From the human T2T-CHM13v2.0 reference genome, Homo sapiens, in assembly GCF_009914755.1 (NCBI RefSeq), contig NC_060930.1: 64,000 nucleotides of DNA, one strand, 5' to 3'. The notes under the pieces are model-generated. The model was not told the DNA's origin. It searched no databases and saw only the letters and a program-made list of their open reading frames with translations. Below, piece after piece: positions 30,903-64,000 of the stretch (positions within the stretch are counted from its first letter, which is position 1; the number at the start of each line of letters is the position of its first letter). Made by a program: the position numbers and the translations under genes.

Positions 30903-31833
30903 ACCAAAATGAATAATGTTTCAGAGACACTGGGAACAATATTTAGCAATTAGTGAAAATGAAATCAGGGCATGCAGCCACAACCACTTTCTCAAGAAGC
31001 CTCCAGTCTTGCACTCTTGTAGCATTGCACTTTAGAAATATAAAACGCAGAGTGAAGCTGAACTAGAGTAACAAATAGGCAAAGGTCATAGAAGGTGAGC
31101 CCACAACACACAATAAAAATGCCACAGGATCTGAACCACAGGCATAGTGAACAAAGGAGTACATTTAAAGCTGCTTCGAAATGACTGAAATTCTACCTAT
31201 TCTGAACAGTGGCCTTCATTTTTATTTTTAACTATTAAAAAATTATTTCCTCCTTTAAAAAATGCTGTTTTATCATAACCTTTTATTTCTCACAGATTAT
31301 GTATGATGCATATGTGTTTCCAGTCTGTCTAAACTTATACATTTCTCAAATACTTAAAACAGAATTCAGAAGAGTTGCACTTGGAGTATATAAACTCCAA
31401 AACCTCAAAAGAAGCACGCACACTCTATATACCTGGTATCCATCTTTCATTTCTAGTCATTTCTAAATTTTTGAATGTACCAATGTATCTGAATCTGATA
31501 CAACACCACCCCCTGGTGGAAATCTATAGAAAAGAGCCCACACTTGATTTTACTTGAGAATGTTAATACTGCAAGGAATGATTATGACTGCATAAAACAC
31601 TGGTGGGCTTCTCTCACTGTCTACCAGCAGAATGTTCTCTGCAAACAAAATCATATGCAAGTTCTGAATGAACGCAACAGTAAAGCTGTAGCTGTGCTAA
31701 GAGCTTTCTCTTTCCCACACTTTCATTGGCAACCCTGTATCTCACTCAGGATGTCCAAAATATAACTTACTGTATCATTTAACAGAAGTCGTCTTCCCCA
31801 AATATTAAAATTAAATCCATTTCTCCTCAAGCC

Positions 31834-32137
31834 TTTTTTTTTTTTTTTTTTGAGACGGAGTCTTGCTCTGTCACCCAGGCTGGAGTGTAATGGTGCGATC
31901 TCAGCTCACTGCAACCTCCGTCTCCCGGGTTCAAGTAGCTTCCCGAGTAGCTGAGATTACAGGCACCCACCATCATGCCCAGCTAATTTTTGTATTTTTA
32001 TAGAGACGAGCTTTCACCATGTTGGCCAGGCTTGTCTTGAACTCCTGAACTCAAGTGATCCACCTACCTCAGCCTCCCAAAGTGCTGGGATTGCACCAAA
32101 GTACTGGGATTGCAGGCGTGAGCCACCGTGCCCAGCC
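31834..32137 (-). mobile_element. AluS with a small deletion and a 19-bp internal tandem duplication
   Basis: TSD TCCTCAAGCCT; ccaaagt(g/a)ctgggattgca occurs twice at ~32077-32114. Confidence 0.92.
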
Positions 32138-32291
32138 TCCTCAAGCCTCTTTACTTCAATACCAGCACTTCATTTTCCGTCCACCCAAGCTCTCTAGAGG
32201 ATTCACAATACACGTGCACACATTAGAGGCTCTGAGTAGGCCTGAGTCAAAAAACAGGTTAAATTCATTTAGCTCAACAATTCCAACTCAT

Positions 32292-32297
32292 TTTATT
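32292..32297 (-). terminator. Candidate distal polyadenylation signal AATAAA
   Basis: tttatt on the plus strand, ~960 nt after the stop codon. Confidence 0.55.
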
Positions 32298-32680
32298 GTG
32301 AGACACATTCCCCTCCTCCCCAGTACTTCTTAACAAACTGCGGAGTACTCTGATTATATTTCATTCAGAATGATTGTTCCACCTTAATTAGCAAATTAGT
32401 TCTTTGGCTGCACATGCTGTTCATCTTCAAAAATGCTTAGGCAAAGCCAACCATACCACAAACCAGCTCTCAATCATTTACAGTAATGGAATGTACAACC
32501 CCTAGGTGTTTGACCCCAGGCAGCTATTGAATTGATATGACATACATAGGCAACTTCATCTCTGTCTCCTACCATCATTACCAGCTGAGGGGAGGAAAAG
32601 CTTGCTGCTAGTACTAGGAGCAAGCATGCTTTGTCTTCAATTAAATGTAATAATCCAGCACTGTGTGAGCACAATGTAAT

Positions 32681-32686
32681 TTTATT
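32681..32686 (-). terminator. Candidate proximal polyadenylation signal AATAAA
   Basis: tttatt on the plus strand, ~570 nt after the stop codon. Confidence 0.5.
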
Positions 32687-32977
32687 TAGAGGAATTATGT
32701 TGCTGACTTGGCTATAACCTAAGAAGATCACAGGCAGCTCTGCAATTGACAGTGATTTAAATGTTTTCCATACATTATCTCCTCCTGTGGATTTATAAGC
32801 CAAATGATATCAAAATCTCTATAGCTTCCAACATTCATATAAATCTGCATAGGTCCTTGGACATCAGTTCTAAATAAATTTTACTCTATAAGAAGTATTT
32901 TTAACAAAAAATAGAGCTTTATGCCCTATGCCATTAATGCTGGACTTCCTAAGTAAGCCTACATGTTGCATCATTTC

Positions 32978-33123
32978 TTTTGTTGTTGGTGTTTTTTTTA
33001 GAGGTGGGAACTGGCACCTCTAAAAAATGTTACCCAGATTGCACTCAAACTCCTGGGCTCAACGATCCTCCTGCCTCAGCCTCTCAAGTAGCTGGGACTA
33101 TAGGCATGCCACCGTGCTCAGCT
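32978..33123 (-). mobile_element. FLAM monomer in the DDO 3' UTR
   Basis: Alu monomer text; degenerate TSD tacatgtt.ca.ca.ttct. Confidence 0.75.
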
Positions 33124-33258
33124 TACATGTTACACCACTTCTAATGTTGAAAACAAAGAAATGTCTAATTAAACTTTCATGCAGTGGAAAAGTTATTTGA
33201 ACCTGTTCTGTGCTTTGATCAACAGTCTCTCAGTCTCTTTGCTGTCATTTTATGTCAT

Positions 33259-56041
<22,783 letters not shown>

Positions 56042-56430
56042 GCCCTGAGAGACAGAGAGAAAGCGAAACTGATTCCCATTGGTGACTTGATTCAGGACAT
56101 TCCCCCTGGTCTTCCTTTCCATTGGCCTGCATGGCTGTCTCTGTCACCCATTGCCCCGGAGAAAGGAGCAAGTGACCTCAACCTGTCATCTCCATGGCGC
56201 TGTCTCTGCCAAGCCCTTCCCTTTCTGGCCCACGAGCCCTCTGTCTGGCCGCCAGCCTGGGCTTTCTCCAGCTGATTTGTAGGTATGGTGAATAATGGGT
56301 GAGCCTGTCCAACTTCCAACCTCGTTTGGCTGCCCACAGTTAGCCGGGTGCCTGGCTCTGCTGGGTCAGCTGGTGGGGGAAGCAGGAAGGAGGGGGTGAG
56401 GGCTGAGTAATGTTGTTGATTGATTGGAGC
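56042..56430 (-). promoter_or_regulatory. Probable DDO proximal promoter / 5' UTR (TATA-less, CpG-poor)
   Basis: Directly upstream of exon 1; minus-strand CCAAT boxes at 56082-56078, 56125-56121 and 56427-56423; AGGTCA half-site at 56178-56173. Confidence 0.55.
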
Positions 56431-56483
56431 TGGAAACACTATTCAGGAGATAATCTAGGATAGAACCACATGATTCTTTAGCC

Positions 56484-57008
56484 CAGCAGTCCCCAGCCTT
56501 TTAGGCACCAGGGGCTGGTTTCATGGAAGACAATTTTTCCACAGACTGGGGATGGGGAGATGGTTTCAGGATGATTCAAGTGTGTTACATTTACTGTGCA
56601 CTTTATTTTTATTATTATTCGTTGTAATATATAATGAAATAATTATACAACTCAACATAATGTAGAATTAGTGGGAGCCCTGAGCTTGTTTTCCTGCAAT
56701 TAGATGGTTTTCTCTGAAAGTAATGGGAGGCAGTGACAGATCATCAGGCATTAGATTCTCATAAAGAGCACACAAACTGGATCCCTTGTGTGCGCAGTTT
56801 ACAGTAGGTTTGTGCTCCTATAAGAATCTAGTGCCTCAGCTGATCTGACAAGAGGCAGAGCTCAGGCAGTAATGCAAATGATAGGGAGTGGGTATAAATG
56901 AAGACAAAGCTTTGCTTGCTCACCCACGGCTCACCTCCTGCTGTGAGGCCAGTTCCTAACAGGCCACGGACTGGTAGTGGTCTGTGGCCTGGGGATTTGG
57001 GATCCCTG
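56484..57008. mobile_element. MER1A (hAT-Charlie), full length
   Basis: cagcagtccccagcc...gggatccctg termini, 525 bp, 8-bp TSD (c/a)tttagcc. Confidence 0.9.
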
Positions 57009-57342
57009 ATTTAGCCCACATATTCAAAGAAGGGATTCAATATTTGATGAGTGTCTACTGAGCTCTAGGCATGAGGCACAGTTAACAAGTTTGTTTCCAG
57101 GGAGGCAGTGTGATGTGTCAAATTAGTGACAATAATATTTTCAATAATGTATATGTAGCATTAACCATGTGCTAGACACATGTATGACATCATATATCAC
57201 AACCACCCTATGAAGTAGGTACTATTATCACTATCCCCATTTTGTATATGAGTACATTGAGGCTCCAAGACAGTAAGGAAGGGTCCAGGGTCTCTTAAAT
57301 GGTAAAATCCAGTCTGGATATCTGACGTCAAGGCTCAAGCTC

Positions 57343-57647
57343 TTTTTTTTTTTTTTTTTTTTTTTTGAGATGGAGTCTCGCTCTGTCACCCAGGCGGGAG
57401 TGCAGTGGCTCTATCTCAGCTAACTGCAAGCTCTGCTTCCTGGTTTCATGCCATTCTCCTGCCTCAGCTTCTCTAGTAGCTGGGACTACAGGCGCCCGCC
57501 ACCACACCTGGCTAATTTTTTGTATTTTTAGCAGAGACGGGGTTTCAACATGTTAGCCAGGATGGTCTCGATCTCCTGACCTTGTGATCTGCCCGCCTCG
57601 GCTTCCCAAAGTGCTGGGATTACAGGCTTGAGCCACTGTGCCCAGCC
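57343..57647 (-). mobile_element. AluY-like, inserted in a MIR
   Basis: gcaagctc, ccattctcctg and ttagccaggatggtctcgatctc diagnostics; TSD aa.gctcaagc.ct. Confidence 0.93.
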
Positions 57648-57821
57648 AAAGCTCAAGCCCTTAACCAAAACACAAACTTTGGTTTCAAGAGACCTGCATT
57701 TTTACCTTGAGCAAATCACCTGACTTCTGAGTTGGATTGCCCATCTGAAAACTGAGAATGAACTAAGAATCCCTTGCAAGTTGTTGTAGGTCTCTGATAA
57801 GTTGAGATATGTACAATTCTT

Positions 57822-58741
57822 TGTAAGGTGGTCTGAGGGCCGGTGAGGGGGTGGTGGGGAAAAGCAACTTTTTCTCTGGCTATGCTCAATACTGTCACAG
57901 TCACTGAATACAGAACACTTTCTGTGACCAGGTGTGTGGGGGTTGTCTCCCTACACACCAAGCATCCCATTCTGCAGATTCCCTAGCAGACACTTCAGCT
58001 GCATGTCCTCTAATTCAATTCAATTCTGACACCAGCTACCTGGAGATAGTGTCAGATCCCACAGGTTAAGGGCTCAGTCCCACAAGACTTACCCTACTTT
58101 GGATGCCAATCACAAGCCCCAGGTTGTGGGTTTCTGACTGGTGGGCTATAAATCGGGGTCCCTACAAGCCCCTTTTCAGGTTCAATTAATAATGGTTCAA
58201 TTTGCTAGAGTGGCTCCAGAACTCAAAAGAACACTTTGCTTACCTTTACCCATTTATTAATATGGATATTACAAAGGATGCAGATGAAGAGCCATGTGGA
58301 AGAGAGGGCCAGGGCTAGGCATATGGGAACGGGCAAGGAGCTCCCGTGCCCTCTCTGGGGGCACAACGTCCAGGAACCTCCACATATTCAGCCATCTGGA
58401 AGCTCCCTAAACACAGTCTTGTGTTTTTCCTTTTTTTTTTTTAATGAAAGCTTTATTATGTAGACATGATGGTTAAAACATTGGCCACTAGTGACCAACT
58501 TAACCTTCAACCCCTTCTCCCTAGAGGTTGGGGATAGGGCTGAAAGTCCCCACTCTCTAATCATGTCTTGTCATTTCCAGATGACCAGCTCCCATCCTGA
58601 AGCTTACTACAGGGCTCCAGCCACCAGATATCTCATTAGCATACAAAAGACACTCTTATCACTCTGAGGATTCCAAGGGTTTTAGGAGCTATATGTCAGG
58701 AAATGGGAATGAAGACCAAATACATAGTTCCCAGTATCACA
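57822..58741 (-). mobile_element. MER21-family LTR
   Basis: aattcaattctgacac...tacctggagatagtgtcagatcccacaggttaagggctcagtcccacaagact...tatcaca; left boundary approximate. Confidence 0.75.
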
Positions 58742-61688
58742 GGTGGTATACATATTTTATTGAGCACCTACTATAAAAATCAATCAACAAACATTTATGG
58801 AGCAGCCACTTTGTCCAAGACATACTGCAAGGGCTATAAAAGATTTAAGAACTTCTGAGATGTTTGCTCCCTCAAGAAAGGAAACAAGGCAGAATAAGAC
58901 TGTCCTCTAACCAACAGCACATACTGCAGGTGCTGGGAAGGATCAGGAGAGAGAGGAGTACAGTGGACCCAAGTGGCTAGTCCAGGAGCGTACATGGGAA
59001 GTGAGGAAGGCCCTAATCAATCAGTGGGATTTCGATGGACAAACAAGAGGAGGGAGAAAAATCTCTGGAGAGACAAAGCCACAGAGGCAGGAAGTTCAAA
59101 GTGACCTGAGGAAAGAGAAGGGGGTTCATGGGGAGGTTTGTGCAAGACCAGGGTGTGAAAGTGCTGGAAATCTGGCTAGGATGCAAGACTGTGTTCAAAA
59201 AGTAATGGGAGCCACGGAAGAGATCTGAGAAGGCTCTTTCTTCCTCCCGCCCAGGTTAGGACTCCATGTTTTCCTGAAAAGCAAGAAGAGGAGGACATAC
59301 TCAGAAATGAAACCCAGAAAGAAAGCTTCTCTGTAGTAGTGCAGAGTCTATACAGATAGGACTAATAAATCCTTTTTTTTTTTTTAAACGCAGAGCTCTA
59401 GCACTATGACTTAAGTGAAGGGTCCTTCAGAAAATGGATGGGAAAACTGATTTAGGTATCATTGAGGGTAACTTCTAAAAGGGGCCTCAGGAACCACCTG
59501 GGGAGAATCTAGTGTTGTTTTCCAGGTTAGTGGTTGGGGTCTGAAGTGTTGACGTGATCTCCCTGAGACTGCAGGGGAGCTGGGCTTCATCATCTTCCCA
59601 ACGCTTCTTCGGAGACTTTTAAACTTGGGCTGCAGAGGTCCCCAGGGCCTCACCTCTGCAGCACATTTAGGGTCTCTCTAGCCACCCTCCCCCTCTTGCT
59701 GTGCTCTCCATGGGTGTTTCTGGCTTGCAGGGTGTTAGCCTTGCTGGTGTGTCTGTGGCCAGTAAATGCAGGACCTAAGCCTGCGTTCATCAGAAGACTA
59801 TTGAAGATATCAGGCTCAGGGGCCAGGGATTCCCATGTGTACAGCAGTTTGGGGCAGGGAAGTAGGACAGTGAAATCGTCCTCATAGGGTTAATGAGATT
59901 ATAAGCCAGGCTTTATGGAGAATTCTAGTTAAACATTGACCAGGGTGGGTTGGTGTACTTTTGACCTGCTCCCCTGAAACTGCTAACTAATCAAGAATCA
60001 GGTAGCATGCTGACCACCTGCTCCCCCAACTTGTTCCTACAGATAAAATCTCTGACAGTGGATCTTTTACCCAAGAATTGCTTAAGATGTTCTTCAGATC
60101 CTCAATTTCAGCAGAATGGCTGACACCAACTGGCATGGGTGAGCCCAGAGAGAGGCTGGGAATTAAAAAAAAGTTTACTTAGAGAACAAGCAGTTGCCAG
60201 TGAAACGTTGGTGCACTGTAGACTTCAGACATAAAAACAGCAGCCATCACTGACTTCTGGCAAATTCAAGTAAAACAACAAACATCGAAACTTCCAGACA
60301 TTCTGTTGGGGGAAGTTGCCAAAGACGTTGGCTGCCATAGTCAGCTTTACCATCTTCGATAAGAAAATACTCCTCTTCACCATATACAAGAATTTATTAA
60401 GTACCTGCTTTGCCTACACCATTTTGCACTTAGTATGTTTTCGTTACATATTTGATAGGAATGAGAGAAAGGGCACAGGTGGGCCCCTCAGAACAGAGCA
60501 TTTAATTGAGTACATTCGGAGCATATTTTGAGTATGAACCTCCCTAACAACACACCTTTTAACAGTGATTCAGGGGAAAGATTCAGCTTTTGTGGGGTCT
60601 GAAGTTTGTACAGTTTCAAGAGCCCTTTTAAGAGGAAAAAAATACAAAATCACAAAAGAAAAGAATGCCTGTGACCACTTTGATAACATCTGGCAGAGGA
60701 GGAATGTGATAGAAGGGAAAACCAAGTGGAAAAATATGATGGTCTCAGCTGATTGTAGTGACTAGATCTTACTTTTGCAAAATGTACAAAATTCTGTGAA
60801 AGCTTATGTCCAAGTGGACCCATTACTACGCTCCATCACAGGAGCCTGTCCAACTGAAGGAGCCTGAAGTTTATGCGTCATTAGCTTCAGTGAGTCTTGC
60901 CTACAGCTATCATGGACTGGAACTAACCACTGGAGCAAAAGGGAAACTGCAGAAGTATCTCCAGGTAGCTAAACTGCAGAGTCCATGAGGGAGGACAACA
61001 GTGTGTGGTAGGGCACAGTCAGGACAGCGACACATGTGGAGCACTGATAGACGGGGCCCCCATGCCCACTGGCCAAGACCAAGACTGGGCAGGACACCTA
61101 ATGAGGGTGGAATCACATACAGTGAATGGAGAAATAGCCTTGTAAAATATCGGGACTGTGCAGAGTGGCGTTAAATGGTGTTGATATATTATTTCATTTA
61201 ATTTTCCCATTCCCAGAGGGACATTGTATGATAATCCTGAATTTCCAAATGAGAAGATTGGGGTAAAGAGAGATTGGTTTGCTTAAGCAGGAATGCTTAT
61301 AGTCAGGGCTTTTTTATTTCCAGGCTTCCATTGCCTCTCACACTTCGTAGCCTGTCAAAGTCAAGTTAGTGCATTAACCTCAGTGACATAGAACTGAGAA
61401 ACAAGGTCACCTATCTGAATCTTACCTACTTGTGTGTGGTTTGTCCTCCATTCATTGTAATGCTATGGTAAAGTACTCCTTGAAATATTTGCAATCAGAG
61501 ACAGATCGGATGTGTTATGACTAGGTTCCAACTATTATAGATCATCACCATTTTCCAAGTATAAAATCAGAAGGTTACACATATTAAGAAATGCTGAAGG
61601 AACAAAGTATGTTTGGCTTCCTGCACGATAAACATTTGTGAATTTTTACAACAAACAAAAAGCCTAATTTTTCTTCCAGTAAAGAAAA

Positions 61689-61997
<309 letters not shown>

Positions 61998-62632
61998 CAA
62001 TAAAGAAAATTTTTTCCTTTTGAATTAAAACTACTTTAATCAAGGTTGATGGATACAAAATCAACATATAAAATCAATGTATTTTATGCCAGCAATATAC
62101 AGTCACAAAATATAATTATTAGAAACTTCTCATTTCTAATTATAATGGAAATTTACATATAAGAATATAACAAAAAACATGTACAACCTTTATGGAAAAA
62201 ATTATACTTCATTAAAAGATATTAATGATGACCTAAGTAAATGGAGAGAGATAACCCATGATAATGGATAGAAGAGTCAATACCAGAAAAAAGAGTGAAT
62301 TTTCCCTAACTTAATCTAAAAATTCAACCCCTTCCAGTTGAAAGCATAATAGGCAGTTTCAGTAGAATCAGTGGGGGTGTGGGCTCCTAGGTTTCTGGTC
62401 AGCAGCGGAAATGTGGTTTCAGCTCGAGCAGTGGAAGCAGAAAGTGCAGGCTTGTGGGCTCCCAACCCAGCCATGGTAGCGGCTTTCTGATCCCTAGGTA
62501 ACTTCTGCATTTTGTTCCACCAGTCTTTCCTACACTTTTATAACTAACTGTGCATGAAATTCCTCTCTGTTTGAATTATCTCCAGTGGTTTCTGTTTTCC
62601 TGACTAGACATTGACTGATACAGTCATACATA

Positions 62633-63410
62633 TGTAGATGTCATGATCTGAAAATTCGTATGTTGAAGCCCTACCCACCATCAATGTGATGATATTGGAA
62701 GATGGGTCTTTTGGAGGTAATTAGAGTTAGATGAGGTCCTAAGGGTGGGGCCCTTGTATGGGATTAGTGCCCTTATGATGAGAGACACACCAGAGAGCTT
62801 GCTGTCTCTCCACATCTGTGCATACAAAGAAATGGTCCTGTGAGCACACAGTGAGATGGCAGCCACCTACAAGTCAAGAGAGAAAGCCCTGGAATAAAAC
62901 CTACCTTGCTGTCACATTAATGTTGGACTTCCTAGCCTCAAGAGCTGTAAGAAATACATTTCTGTTGTTTAAGCTGACCAGATTGTGGTATTTTTTGAAT
63001 AGCAGCTCAAGCTGACAAAGACAGTGGGCAATAAAAATGTAAAGAAATGCCTCAAGATTCATATGTTGAAATCTCAATCCTCAGAATGCAACCATATATG
63101 GAGATGAGATCTTCAAATGGTGATTAAGTTAAAATGAGGTCATTGGAGTGAAGCCCTAGTCCAATATGACTGATGGCCTTAAAAGAAGAAGGAAAGATAC
63201 CAGCCAGGGGTGTGTATACACAAATAGATGACCATGTTAAAAGACAGCAGGAGGGCAACCAGCTGTTAGCCTGAGAAGTGTCAGAGGAAACCAACCATGC
63301 TGGCACCATGATCTGGAGCTTCCAGCCTTCAGAACTGTGAAGAAATAATTTCTCTTGTTTAAGCCACTCAGTCTGTGGTATTTTGCTATGATCACCTTAG
63401 CAAACTAACA
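62633..63410 (+). mobile_element. Two adjacent MLT1 (A/B/C-like) LTRs (~62633-63022, ~63040-63410)
   Basis: Each has aattc.tatgttgaa...atgaggtc...tgtttaagc...gtggtatttt. Confidence 0.75.
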
Positions 63411-63439
63411 GAATATAAAAGTAAAGTCAAGAAAGTGTT

Positions 63440-63742
63440 GCCAGGCGTGGTGTCTCCCACCTGTGTAATCCCAGCACTTCAAGAGGCCAAGACTGGTGGA
63501 TTGCATGATCTCAGGAGTTTGAGACTAGCCTGAGCAACATGGTGAAATCCTGTCAAAAAATACAAATCCTACAAAAAATACAAAAATTAGCTGGACATGA
63601 TGGCAGGTGCCTGCAGTCCTAGCTATTCGGGAGGTTGAGGTGGGAGGATCGCTTGAGCCCAGGAGGCGGAAGTTGCAGTGAGCCCACTGCATTCCAGCCT
63701 GGGGGATAGAGCTAGACCTTGTCTCAAAAAAGGAAAGAAAGA
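63440..63742 (+). mobile_element. AluJ
   Basis: Dimeric Alu with a duplicated central linker. Confidence 0.9.
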
Positions 63743-64000
63743 AAGTATCAAATGTTAACTAAGAGGAAAAATTTTAATGGCAGTAGAAAAATGGGCTGAG
63801 GGAAAAGAAAAAAGAGACAAAATAAGAAATAAGATAAAGGCTCAATAAATGTCTTCCTCCTTTTTCTCCATAAAATCCTATATATGTTATTTTCTTTTAT
63901 AAAGGAAGAAAAGTTTTTGGCTTTATTTTTCCTTTGTTAATGGAAAGACCAAGTGAAGAACTAAGCAATTACCCAAGGAACTAAACTCATATAAAAAATC

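Larger units (their letters stand above)
32275..33258 (-). other. DDO: DDO 3' UTR (distal end approximate)
   Basis: Downstream of the stop codon; minus-strand AATAAA at 32686-32681 and 32297-32292. Confidence 0.6.

Overview
Primate genomic DNA, almost certainly human (AluY/AluS/AluJ, L1PA, THE1, MST and MER elements). One protein-coding gene is supported: DDO (D-aspartate oxidase, a peroxisomal FAD flavoenzyme) on the minus strand. Its five coding exons are 56041-55962, 53961-53786, 48935-48827, 45443-45267 and 33826-33259. All four introns are GT-AG, and the exons join into 1110 nt = 369 aa + stop; a 341-aa form starts at the ATG at 53957. From recall of human 6q21, the flanking genes METTL24 and SLC22A16 should lie just outside the window, and I see no exons of either. 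The left ~32 kb is intergenic and repeat-rich. It holds a full-length decayed HSMAR2 mariner and a full-length dead L1PA8A-type LINE-1 carrying a nested younger L1 fragment with an apparent short 3' transduction. No new biological system can be established from sequence alone. The best leads are: (i) an orphan CpG island in DDO intron 4 with repeated E2F-type motifs, splice donors on both strands and a spliceable 3-exon antisense ORF of 121 aa; (ii) inverted Alu pairs bracketing exon 2 and the in-frame exon 4, which has a weak GAG acceptor; (iii) a strong splice acceptor directly in front of exon 1. Repeat subfamily names come from recalled consensus sequences and were not computed.
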